From the NCBI GenBank assembly GCA_951406725.2, contig OX597831.1, positions 64,852,001-64,916,000 on the forward strand: a DNA stretch of 64,000 bases. The letters are read 5' to 3'. Of this stretch, positions 52,021 through 64,000 are shown piece after piece. The notes below the pieces were generated by a model. The model was not told the DNA's origin. It saw only the letters and a list, made by a program, of their open reading frames with translations, and made no database searches. Every line of letters starts with the position of its first letter. The stretch's first letter is position 1. The position numbers were made by a program, and so were the translations under genes. The stretch is from Octopus vulgaris (lineage: Eukaryota).

Positions 52021-52946
52021 AGATTTTTGTGGTTTTCGTCACTGTTTACAATTATCTTTAAAAAAAATTTTAATGTATCATATAGATGTAATTTTTGACG
52101 CTGAATCCGAATTTGTTATTCATTTATTCCAGAAAAATTTTGCAAAAATGTTACAGGTGTTCAAAGTTTGATAATTTTCAGAAATTTCAACCAACCAGAA
52201 AACAGCGCGTTCGCTGCCTATTCCATCATCAGGGTGAGGACACCAGTATGTCAAAACATTAAACTAGCAACAGTAAACAGTGGAAAACATTAAAATATTC
52301 ATTAACAATTTAAATATCTAAAAGCTACGAACAAACCAACAGGAGTTGCTAGAAATAACAGGCAAGACATTAAAATATACACGAACAAAGTAAACAATGA
52401 AAAACATTGAGACATTCGCGAGCAAATTAAATGTTTAAAAGTTACGAGCAAACCAACAGGAGTTGCGAGAAATAACAGTCAAAACAGACATTTATTAGTT
52501 ACAAAACTCAAGAACGAAAGTTTGTATTACGCCCTAGGATTTTATGAAATAAATTATCTTTTTCATATCTTCTTCTCCACAAAGATAAATCAACCATGAA
52601 ACGGCGTGTCCCACACCGGCGTTTGTTTCCACGCTTTAAAAATGCCCAGGTACTCTCAATTTGTTGATTACACTCAATTTGGTGGTTACACTCCTTGTGC
52701 GCATGTGCAGCATCATTGGTTACTATGGAAACAGAGTTTTTCGCCACGGGGATGTGTAAAATACTCGCTTCTGATTGGCTAAAATATTCAAATTTTGCAA
52801 ATTTAAAGGCTAATAACTTTTTAATTATGGATTTATAGTGAAAATAAATTTCATTTTCATAATTAGTATACAAAACTTAATCCATATACCAAATGTGAAA
52901 ACAATTGGAACAAAATTGTAAACAGTGACGAAAACCACAAAGATCC
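52021..52946 (-). mobile_element. Merlin (IS1016-like) DNA transposon, non-autonomous, inserted in a family C SINE
   Basis: About 33-bp TIRs (G)GAT(C/T)TTTGTGGTTTTCGTCACTGTTTACAATT; 8-bp TSD TGAAAGGC at 52013-52020 and 52947-52954; IESTWAFLKR..GT..LWRRRY is an ISXO2/Merlin-like C-terminus. Confidence 0.85.
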
Positions 52947-53540
52947 TGAAAGGCAAAGTCTACCTTGGCAGCATTTGAATTCAGAACGTAAAGATGCACG
53001 AAATACCTATTTCTTTACTACTCACAAAGGGCTAAACACAGAAGGGACAAACAAGGACAGACAAACGGATTAAGTCGATTTTATCGACCCCGGTGCGTAA
53101 CCGGTACTTATTTAATCGACCCCGAGAGGTTGAAAGGCAAAGTCGACCTCGGCGGAATTTGAACTCAGAACGTAGCGGCAGACGAAATACCTATTTCTTT
53201 ACTACTCACAAGGGGCTAAACACAGAAGCGACAAACAAGGACAGACATAGGGATTAAGTCGATTATATCGACTCCAGTGCGCAACTGGTACTTATTTAAT
53301 CGACCCCGAAAGGATGAATTTGAACTCAGAACGTAGCGGCAGACGCAATACCGCTAAACATTTCGCCCGGCGTGCTAACGATTCTTATTTGTTTATTGCC
53401 CACAAGGGGCTAAAACTTTGAACTCAGAACGTAACGGCAGACGAAATACCTATTTCTTTACTACCCACAAGGCTACGGCATTTCGCCCGACGTGCTAACG
53501 TTTCTGCCAGCTCGGCGTGCTAACGATTCTGCCACCTCGT
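52947..53540 (-). mobile_element. Head-to-tail stack of family C SINE copies
   Basis: At least 4 partial units, repeatedly joined at ACGAAATAC|CTATTTCTTTACTAC. Confidence 0.9.
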
Positions 53541-53663
53541 AACCTTTATAACTCTTTTACAATATGCAGATCGCTTCCAGTCCTCCATGCCAACTAACTT
53601 TTTCTCAACTTCAGCTTCAATATTCTGCTTACCAATACATCAAGCTATTCCTGAAAAAAGGAG

Positions 53664-54054
53664 GGATCTTTTCGATTTGAACGGCAGTTTTTTCTAGCGG
53701 TGTCATATGACCCAAGTATCGATCTATTGCATTTCAATCTGTTTTAGGGTTAGGGTTAGGGGTGGGGGGAAGGGTATCTCTTTTTCTTCACAAATGTAAA
53801 TAAACCCAATCTGTTTCTTAAACGAGGGACATATTCATATGGCACAGAGTTTTCACTTCAATAGATGTCATTGATTGGTTGAAATTGCAGAAATTGAAGA
53901 AAAAACAACAAATATCTTACAAACTATAGAATTATCTCAATAAAGCCAAGAGAAAAAGATGTTTTATAAACACATTCTACCAGTATACGAAGTTTAAAAT
54001 GTTTTAGTTACCTAGAAATTATGTTAAAAACTGCCGTTCAAACCGAAAAGATCC
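53664..54054. mobile_element. MITE with Merlin-like GGATCTTT termini, carrying (TTAGGG)3
   Basis: About 29-bp TIRs GGATCTTTTCG(A/G)TTTGAACGGCAGTTTTT; no TSD seen. Confidence 0.75.
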
Positions 54055-54671
54055 AATCGTCAAATTTTGCCCGAATATCCTGGATATAGTAATGAAATTA
54101 ATCTTTAAAGAAGTTTGCTTCGCAATCACAAAATCACTGATTTCGGTCCCATGCGGTGGCATCTTGATCAAGTGCCTTTCATTATAGCGTTGTTCGGGTC
54201 GACAGGAGCTTCGTCATTGTGAAACACACTTACACACTCAGTCGCGTGCCTGTTCTTTCTTTTCCTTTGTGCTCTTCCTATTGTTAAGTGTGGTCGGCTG
54301 TGATTCGAGGAACGCCTGGTTGCTATTTCTAATAAATTGAATGACTACGTAGATGTATCCTCACCGGCACCCATTCATTTATCACAATAGGTGACCGAGA
54401 AATCTGGGGACACAGCCGTTTTTATACTTATATTTTATTATGTTATATTTCGTCCAACGCCTCTCCCCTGATTGTTTCTAATCAAATGAGATACGACGGG
54501 GGAACAAAATCCCTTTCGCTTGTTTCATTTAATAGCTTGCTTGCTTTCTGTTTTCTACCTTCCACTTCAGTCAAACCACCCCTGTCCTTCTTATCTATCT
54601 CAAAAGCAACGGGTGAGTGAGTGAAGGGCAGAGTGGTAGGGAGTGATAGGGTGACCCGATCGTTTAATATA

Positions 54672-54792
54672 TATGTGTGTGTATATGTGTGAGTGTGTGT
54701 GTGTATGTGTGTGTATGTTTGTGTGAGTGTGTGTATGTGTGTATGTATGTGTATGTGTGTGTGTATGTGTGTGTATGTGTGTGTGTGTGTGT

Positions 54793-54825
<33 letters not shown>

Positions 54826-54868
54826 AGTGTGTGAGTGTGTGTTCGCGTGTGTGTGCATGTGTGTGTAT

Positions 54869-54911
<43 letters not shown>

Positions 54912-54939
54912 TATGTATGTGTATGTGTGTGTGTATGTG

Positions 54940-54999
<60 letters not shown>

Positions 55000-55172
55000 T
55001 GTGTTTGTGTGTGTGTATGTGTGTATGTGTGTGTATGTGTGTGTATGTGTGTGTGTGTGAGCGTGTATGTGTGTTTGTGTGTGTTTGTGTGTGTGTGTGT
55101 GTGTGTTCCTGTGTGTGTGTAAGTGTATGTGTTCGTGTGTGTGTGTGTTTGTGTTTGTGTGTGTGTGTGTGC
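54672..55172. repeat. Long imperfect (TG)n tract
   Basis: Seen directly. Confidence 0.97.
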
Positions 55173-55559
55173 GCGTATGTGTTTTCTTTTCTGTTCCTTT
55201 GAGAGATGAATGAATTTGCTGAGGCACGTGTCCAGGTAAAATTCCCTTCCGACTCAAACACAAAAGCTGAACTGAAATAAATGATAACCATACTTCTTCA
55301 CACATAGCCCAACCCTGTCGTCTATTATGCCGCCTACATCTTGGGTCTTTTATATTCAAAACTGAAGAAGCCAGCTGCAAGTGATGATAGGTGGGCATTC
55401 ACAAATGCCATAGAAAGTCAGTGTTTGATGGAACGTGGGGCTGTTTGGAAGGAAGGTCACACAGCTATGGAAAAGGGGCCACGCAGCAGCAGCAGCAGCA
55501 ACAGCAGAAGACTGTTTTCCTCCTTTTTCTTCTTTCTTTGCTTGCATTATTGTAGATAC

Positions 55560-55659
55560 TCTTCTTCTTCCTCCTCCTCCTCCTCCTCCTCCTCCTCCTA
55601 CTACTACTACTACTACTACTACCAACACCACTACCACCACCACCACCGCCGCCGCCACC

Positions 55660-55709
<50 letters not shown>

Positions 55710-55743
55710 CACCACCGCCACCACCACCACCACCACTACTACT
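55560..55743. repeat. Compound CTT/CCT/CTA/CCA trinucleotide repeat
   Basis: Seen directly. Confidence 0.95.
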
Positions 55744-55804
55744 AATATTACTTATTTAAGCTAAGACACTACACCATATTTTTTTTAATTAATTCTAATT
55801 AATT

Positions 55805-56183
55805 TCTTTTACTTGTTTCAGTCATTTGACTGCGGCCATGCTGGAGCACCGCCTTTAGTCGAGCAAATCGACGCCGGGACTTATTCTTTGTAAGCCCAGT
55901 ACTTATTCTATCGGTCTCTTTTGCCGAACCGCTAAGTGACGGGGACGTAAACACCCCAGCATCGGTTGTCAAGCAATGCTAGGGGGACAAACACACAAAC
56001 ACACACACATACACACACACACACACATATATACATATATACGACAGGCTTCTATCAGTTTCCGTCTACCAAATCCACTCACAAGGCATTGGTCGGCCTG
56101 GGGCTATAGCAGAAGACACTTGCCCAAGATGCCACGCAGTGGGACTGAACCCGGAGCCATGTGGTTGGTTAGCAAGCTACTTA
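55805..56183 (-). mobile_element. Family B SINE (slightly 5'-truncated)
   Basis: Family B sequence. Confidence 0.9.
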
Positions 56184-56639
56184 ATTTTTTTTATTATATT
56201 GTCGTGGATATATCATTATCCTAGTTGGTGGAACTAATTTCAATATAATATCTTATAGCTGGTAATACTTATGGCTAACGATGTTAATGTATCCATTATT
56301 CTCTCCAAAAATATGTTTGTTCCGATTTTAATCCTTATAGATCGGTCGGGAAAGACATACAAAATCCTTTGCAGTATTTCCTTATGGCTCTAGTAATTCC
56401 AAAAGCGTGAGTTCAAAACGCGCGGGGATCAATTCTGTCTTTCATTCTTTTCTGATCAATAAAATAAAAGTATTAATCGATTACTGAGGCCGATATATTA
56501 CCCCTTCCAGTCACCCAAATTTCTGACCTTGTATAAGAAATTATGTAACCTGGATTTACTGTTTCTGTGTTTCGTGACGAAACGAATTAATGTCTGATTT
56601 CACTTTTCCTCTACCAAGTCCATAGTGTGTGGCTATAGA

Positions 56640-56850
56640 CACGTTAGCGCGCCGGGCGAAATGCTTAGCGGTATTTCCTCTGGCGTTACGTTCTGAGTAC
56701 AAATTCCGCCGAGGTCGACTTTGCCTTTCATCTTTTCGGGGTCGATAAATAAAGTACCAGTTTCGCACTGGTTCGATAATCGACTTAATCCCTTTGTCTG
56801 TCCTTATTTGTTCCCTCTATGTTTAGCCCCTTGTGGGCAATAAAGAAATA
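56640..56850 (+). mobile_element. Family C SINE
   Basis: Family C sequence. Confidence 0.9.
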
Positions 56851-57324
56851 TATATATATAGATAAATACGGATGTATAAATGTGTGTGTCTGTGTGTGTG
56901 TTTGTGCGTGCATGTGTGTGGGTGTATGTGTATACACACATGAAATTATTATAAACTTCAGGCTGCGATGTTTCACCAAAACGGAGAATTATAATTGTCA
57001 CTAAATGTAACTAGGGTGTTAAGAAACACCTACATTACTAGAAATACCAGCTAAAATGCTCTAATGCTTTAGTTAACGCACACAAATGAAAACTGTCGAT
57101 CGAGAATTCTTAGTACTGACCGTCTACCGTCTACCAAATCTACCCACAAGGTTTTGGTCGGCCCGAGGTTAAAGTGGAAGACACTTGCCCAAGGTGTCAG
57201 GCAGTGGGACGTAACCCGGAACCACGTGGTTGGTAAGCAAGCTACTTATCACACACCCACTCCTGCGCCTATATACATACATAATACATACATACATACA
57301 TACATACATACATACATACATACA

Positions 57325-57355
<31 letters not shown>

Positions 57356-58457
57356 GTGTGTGTGTGTGTGCATATCTCTGGAGAAGGACACGCTGATACA
57401 AAACCTGATATGCAAGGATGGCATTGAACATTTTAGGGATCTTTTACTTGCGCTTGAGATCTTGGCTGTCCTACATTCTTACCTTGAGACCTATATTGAC
57501 ACTGGATATCTTGCTACTTGGCTTGACTCTGGATCATGTCACCAGCGTGGGCAGGCTGCGCAAGCCTTATTGGACCTAAAATCTTAGGTTGTGCCAGCGC
57601 CGGCGAGGCAACTGTCTTATGCCCGATCGAGTAAGAGGGCGCTGCTTCAAGTATGGAAGATGCGAACGCGATCTCGGGTGAAGCCAACTGGAGATGCAAT
57701 AATCTCGTGCACAACTATTGCCGGCATTTTGCAAGGCCAATGGTCAGTGATGATTTTCTTCGCTCACATAAATGCATACATACATACATACATACATACA
57801 TACATACATACATACATACATACATACATACATTGTGCACCATCAAACATAACGGTTCCGAAATCTGCATCCTATGCTCTACATAAAAATACTATATACT
57901 ACACAAAACACACACACTCTAAACAAGAGAGATGAGATTATGTGACATTCAAACATCATTGAAATTAATACAGTGGCAGACATTTTTGATTCTGTGGCCT
58001 TCCTGATGCTGCTTCATTAATCAGGCTTTCAATCTACAGAACCCTTTTTCTGTTTTTGTTTTGCTAGAATTCTTACATCGTTGATTGAGAATGGTGTACC
58101 ATGGATGATTTCTATTTTAAAGCACTTTCAAAATTTTTCTTCATTTCTGCGCTTTATAAAATTTTTCCTTGGTTACTGTAGTACCTGTTCTAATTGCTTT
58201 AACATTCATAGTATGTCACTTGACGTATTTTCTGGGGATGTTTAAGTCTGATTGTATTATTTTCAGTACATCCGATCTAATTAAGAAGTAAAACTTTTAT
58301 ATGGTATTCAATAATACATTGCTATCCATTCATGTTTTGGAGTTTTAATCATTTGTCAGATTAAGAAAAACCTTTAATGATATGCGGTCACTGCTCTACC
58401 ACGATTTGACTTCTTCGTATCAACCAAACCACTCTGGTATATTTTGATATATATTCA

Positions 58458-58600
58458 GATTAGGACCTGAATACTAAAGAAAGAAGATTAGGACCTGAAT
58501 ATTAAAAAAAGAAGATTAGGACCTGGATATTAAAGAAAGAAGATTAGGACCTGAATGTCAAAAAAGAAAAAAGAAAAAAAAAGAAGATTCGGACCTGAAT
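58458..58600. repeat. About 29-bp tandem repeat GATTAGGACCTGAATA.TAAAGAAAGAA, about 5 units
   Basis: Seen directly. Confidence 0.9.
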
Positions 58601-58855
58601 CATAACAGGCACCGAATACTTAAGGACTCGGTGCCTGTTATGATTTTGGGTGTCAATGATGTAAAAGTTATTCTCATCCGGCATGAACAATCCCAACATG
58701 GTGTTGTTTGTCAGTATAGTTGTAACCTAACACTCTGACAAAGTGGAACCGATAAAATATATATCACATATTAAAATAAGGATGGGGTTGATTTCATGGA
58801 CTTAATCTTTTAAGGCAGTCACCAGATTGGCCATTGTTCGGTAATTGATAGCTGT

Positions 58856-58932
<77 letters not shown>

Positions 58933-58934
58933 AG

Positions 58935-59145
58935 TACTCTTTTACTCTTTTACTTGTTTCAGTCATTTGACTGCGGCCGTGCTGGAGCACCGCCTTTAGT
59001 CGAGCAAATCGACCCCGGGACTTATTCTTTGTAAGCCCAGTACTTATTCTATCGGTCTCTCTTGCAGAACCGCTAAGTTACGGGGACGTAAACACTCCAG
59101 CATCGGTTGTCAAGCAATGCTAGGGGGACAAGCACAGACACACAA

Positions 59146-59211
<66 letters not shown>

Positions 59212-59230
59212 CTATCTATCTATCTATCTA

Positions 59231-59284
<54 letters not shown>

Positions 59285-59456
59285 CATATATACGACAGGC
59301 TTCTTTCAGTTTCCGTCTACCAAATCCACTCACAAGGCATTGGTCGGCCCGGGTCTATAGCAGAAGACACTTGCCCAAGATGCCACGCAGTGGGACTGAA
59401 CCCGGAACCATGTGGTTGGTAAGCAAGCTACTTACCACACAGCCACTCCTGCGCCT
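58935..59456 (-). mobile_element. Family B SINE, full length
   Basis: Flanked by TGAGT; the empty site is visible in the paralogous segment at about 62220. Confidence 0.93.
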
Positions 59457-59619
59457 GAGTGTGTATATAATATATATTTGTATGCATGCAATTCTGTGCT
59501 TGTATTTATATGTATGAATACGAACGTGTGCACACACGTACGCACACACACATGCACAAAAGAAATACATAGTCCTCTATTTAAACAATTAAAGAGCAGA
59601 GTAGGATGTGTTGTATGGT

Positions 59620-60048
59620 TTTTATTCTTTTATTCTTGTCAAAGGGTTTTAGTCGAGGAAATCGAACCCAGAACTTATTCTTCGAGAGCCTAGTACTTAT
59701 TCTATCGTTTTTTTTTTTTGCCGAACTGCTAGATTACGGGGACATTAACACACCATCAGTGGTTGTCAAGCGTTGGCGAGGGAACAAACATAGATACACA
59801 CACGCACACACACGCGCGCGCGCGCACACACACACACACACACGCGCACACACACACACACACACACACTCATAAACACACGCATATACGACGAGCTTCT
59901 TTCAGTTTTCGTCTACCAAATCCACCCACAAGGCTTTGGTCGGCCCGAAGCTATAGTAGAAGACACTTGCCTAAGGTGCCGTGCAGTGGGACTGAACCCG
60001 GAACCATGTGGTTGGGAAGCAAGCTACCACACAGCCACGACTGCGCCC
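59620..60048 (-). mobile_element. Family B SINE (older)
   Basis: Family B sequence, more diverged. Confidence 0.85.
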
Positions 60049-60628
60049 TGTGTATTTATATTCATTTATTCATAAGAAAATACAGGCGTGAGCATGTGAT
60101 ACGGTATGATCTCTTTCTTTCACCCGCTTTCTTTGTGCATGTGGGAGCGTGTGTATGCCTTTGTAAAAAGGTTTGTGTTTGCCAGCATTTGACTATGGTA
60201 AATGAATGGAGGGAAAGAGACTTTTTGTATGCAAGGTGTTTTCGATGAAATACCTTGAAAGCGAGCCGGAGTTAGTGTTTCTACTATGTGTAGTTGCGCC
60301 ATTAAGCAGGGTATCATATCCCCTTCCTCCTTTATCCACCCTTCATTGTGAAATTGATAAAAATCTTGCTAGAAATTGGGATCGCATAAAAGAACAAGAC
60401 AGGTGTTAATAGACACCGGCTGAAGCAGTGTTTTATCCTTGTTACCTGTGTTCTCGATCTCATTGTTATCGTTTGGGGTATTTTGTTTCATAGTTTAAGA
60501 CATCAAGAGAGGTTTTGTCGCTGTCGCCAGGAGTGTGGTCAGGGAAAAATGCAGACCTGTGCGATTTAGTGTAGGAAGGAAGGTGGACAACAATCAACAC
60601 AATGGTGAGACTCGGATCAATTTGGAAT

Positions 60629-61030
60629 GGCGCAGGAGTGGCTGTGTGATAAGTAGCTTGCTTACGAACCACATGGTTCCGGGTTCAGTCCCACTGCGTG
60701 ACTACTATAGCCACGGGCCGACCAAAGCTTTGTGAGTGGATTTGGTAGACGGAAACTGAAAGAAGCCCGTCGTATATATGTATAAACATGTATATATGTA
60801 TGTGTGTATATATGTTTGTGTGTCTGTGTTTGTCCTCCCAACATCGCTTGACAACCGATGCTGGTGTGTTTACGTCCCCGTAACTTAGCGGTTCGGCAAA
60901 AGAGACAGATAGAATAAGTACTAGGCTCACAAAGAATAAGTCCTGGGGTCGATTTGCTCGACTAAAGGTGGTGCTCCAGCATGGCCACAGTCACGTGACT
61001 GAAACAAGTAAAAGAGTAAAGAGTAAAGAG
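60629..61030 (+). mobile_element. Family B SINE
   Basis: Full copy with a small internal deletion. Confidence 0.92.
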
Positions 61031-61032
61031 AA

Positions 61033-61760
61033 TTGAAAGCTTTCGATAAGGTCAACCATCGTTATTTGGCGGCTGTTTTCATGGCAACCAGTTACGGTCC
61101 TCTTTTTCAGATGCCGAAACTTTTCAATGTACAACAAACTACATATTTGGTCTCAGTTTTAATGGTCACCTATCGAACCGATTCGAATCAGTCGCTCGAG
61201 TCGATTAGGGTGACCACTGTCATCCCATGTACTGAGCCTAGAACGGTTCTAGAGAAATATGAGGCTTTGGCAGGAACGAAGATTACCCTGGAAAAGTCGG
61301 TGGAGTTTGCAGAAAATCCATATCTATTTCTTTACTACCCACAAGGGGCTACACACAGAGGGGACAAACAAGGACAGACAAATGGATTAAGTCGATTACA
61401 TCGACCCCAGTGCATAACTGGTACTTAATTTATCGACCCCGAAAGGATGAAAGGCAAAGTCGACCTCGGCGGAATTTGAACTCAGAACGTAACGGCAGAC
61501 GAAATACAGCTAGGCATTTCGCCCGGCGTGCTAACGTTTCTGCCAGTTCACCGCCTTGTTCGCAGAAAATCCATACCGACGACCAAAGTCACAGGACACT
61601 TGGACTAACGGATCGGCCAAATTACTTGGTGACTCGTTTGGACCAGGCCCCTACATAGATAGGAAGTGAAACGAGATTACAAGCAGGACGACCATTCTCA
61701 CTGAGAAATGTGCTGAGAAAAGAAAGCTGACCTTATTTGGAAGGCATGCCTCTGTTATAT
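61033..61760 (+). mobile_element. L1/Tx1 RT remnant interrupted by a family C SINE (61322-61557, minus strand)
   Basis: KAFDKVNHRYL..YEALAGTKITLEKS; SINE TSD GTT(T/C)GCAGAAAATCCATA at 61305-61322 and 61558-61575. Confidence 0.8.
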
Positions 61761-62136
61761 ATTACCGACCGAGGTGTTTAGGTTGAGAGGACAAGACTCC
61801 CAACTTAAGTGGACGCAACTCAGTCGCAGGGCCAACTCCCAGATGTTGGTATTAATTTTCAGCAGTGCTAACTAGAGCAATGTGAAATGAAGTGACTTGC
61901 CCAAGGGCATAACGTGCCTCCCGACACGAGAATCGGACTTACTGTCTAATGTTCTCATCCGGCATGAACAACCCCAGCATGGTGTTGTTTGTCAGTATAG
62001 TAGTAACCTAACACTCTGGTAAAGTGGAATCGATAAAATATATACCACATATTAAAATAAGGATGGGGTTGATTTCATGGACTTAATCTTTTAAGGCAGT
62101 CACCAGATTGGCCATTGTCCGGTAATTGATAGCTGT

Positions 62137-62192
<56 letters not shown>

Positions 62193-62268
62193 ACAAATAC
62201 ACACACACATACACACACTTGAGTATGTATATATATTTGTATGCATGCAAACCGCACACCACCACTTA

Positions 62269-62321
<53 letters not shown>

Positions 62322-62444
62322 AAGATGTGTGTGTAAGCGAGCGCGTATGTAAGAGAAAGAGAGAGTGAATGAGTGAGTGAGTGAGTGAGTGAGTGAGCGA
62401 ACGAGGCTCACATTATTTAGTATGTCCCTCTTTATTTTTGTTAA

Positions 62445-62910
62445 GGCGGTAGGATGTGAGCTGGCAGAATCGTTAGCACGCTGGGCGAAATGCGTAGCCG
62501 TATTTCGTCTGCCGCTACGTTCTGAGTTCAAATTCCGCCGAGGTCGACTTTGTCTTTCATCCTTTCGGGGTCGATTAAATAAGTACCAGTTACGCACAGG
62601 GGTCGATGTAATCGATTTAATCCGTTTGTCTGTCCTTGTTTGTCCTCTCTGTGTTTAGCCCCTTGTGGGTAGTAAAGAAATAGGTATTGGATTTGCAGAA
62701 TCAGTAGAATTTTGCAGCAGTATTTTCTTCTGGCTCTATATGTTCTGAGTTCAAATCCTGCTCTGGTCAACTTTGCCTTTCATCCTTTCAGGGTCGATAA
62801 AATAAATACCAGTTACGCACTGGGGTCGATATATAATCAACTTAATCCGTTTGTCTGTCCTTGTTTGTCCCCTCTGTGTTTAGCCCCTTGTGGGCAATAA
62901 AGAAATAGGA
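62445..62910 (+). mobile_element. Two tandem family C SINEs
   Basis: Two copies, each ending in AAAGAAATAGG. Confidence 0.9.
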
Positions 62911-63507
62911 TGTGATATGACAGATATTTGGCTGCTGTTTCTAATAGGTCGAGCGACCTCATAGAGGCTCCTGTCTACTTGTGCGGAGAGAGAGTTTACG
63001 CTATACACTTTAGAGACAGCCAGACAAAGCAGTTAAGTTTCCCTTCCATCTTTTTATCTCAACCATTTTCTGCTTTGCGTAGGCTCCCTGCTGTTCCTAG
63101 CCTCCGCTTCCCCCTAACTATTGTTCTTCCCTTAAGAAGTGTCTGCAACTGCTGAAAGCCAAGTGGTAAAATCAATTGAATTGATATTTACATAGCATAC
63201 AACCGAATACAACTATGTCGTTATTCAGTGAAAGCAGACAGACATTAGGGGTGTTTAAGGATGGCCAAGTAAGAAGGGTGCAAGGAAGAATGTATACCAG
63301 TCGGTGTTACTCAACACAGCTTGAGAAGACGAGCAGGTGGATGACTGGGAAGATGGGGGTGGGGGACTGGAAATAAAACCATTGTCTGTTTCTCCTTCTC
63401 AATATCTTTCTTTTCCTTTTCTCCTTTCTCTCTTCCCATCCCCCTCTCTCTCTCTGTAACAAACTTGTTCTTTCTCTTTTTTCATATAATTCTCTTTTTC
63501 TCTGTAC

Positions 63508-63613
63508 TATGTATATGTATGTATGCATGCATGTATGCATGTATGTATGTATGTATGTATGTATGTATGTATGTATGTATGTATGCATGCATGTTTGTAT
63601 GCATGCATGTATG

Positions 63614-63652
<39 letters not shown>

Positions 63653-63781
63653 ATATATATGTATATATATGTGTGTGTGTGTATATATATATGTATATAT
63701 GTTTATATACATATATATGTATATATATATGTATATATATATGTATATGTTTATGTATATATATGTATGTACGTATGCATT

Positions 63782-63815
<34 letters not shown>

Positions 63816-63841
63816 CACATACATACATACATACATACATT

Positions 63842-63905
<64 letters not shown>

Positions 63906-63972
63906 CTCTCTTTCCCCCTCCCTCTTCTCCCCCTTTTCTCTCTCTCTCCCTCCCTCTCTCTCTCTCTCTCTC
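63508..63972. repeat. Compound TATG/TA/TC microsatellite
   Basis: Seen directly. Confidence 0.95.
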
Positions 63973-64000
63973 ATTTGTCCTCCAATTCTCCAGCACCTAC

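Noticed and set aside
55185-55240. Possible micro-exon (polypyrimidine-AG ... CAG|GTAAA)
   Set aside because: Weak splice signals, no homology and no other exons to link to
58458-58600. CRISPR-like 29-bp periodic repeats
   Set aside because: There are no unique spacers and no cas genes, and the context is eukaryotic; this is a simple tandem repeat

Overview
AT-rich, microsatellite-dense eukaryotic non-coding DNA, most likely from an octopus or other coleoid cephalopod (inferred from the SINE families and repeat landscape, not verified). I find no supportable intact host protein-coding gene. Almost all listed ORFs are microsatellite or SINE artefacts, and the rest are decayed transposon fragments. 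The window holds several tRNA-derived SINE families (many with target-site duplications, TSDs), fragments of R4/Dong-, L1/Tx1- and CR1-type LINEs, and DNA transposons (Tc1, mariner, DD37D maT, pogo/Tigger, Merlin, hAT MITE, MULE). The most interesting signal is a set of short modules embedded mostly in (TA)n arrays. Several are long fold-back palindromes with a one-sided tail, and several carry minimal hammerhead-ribozyme (HHR) motifs. Together with a GIY-YIG endonuclease remnant at about 31.5-32 kb, they point to multiple families of microsatellite-targeting, ribozyme-bearing Penelope-like elements (PLEs). Two CpG- and motif-rich islands (about 9.6-10 kb and 19.4-19.5 kb) are candidate promoters or enhancers. 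All coordinates were read by eye.
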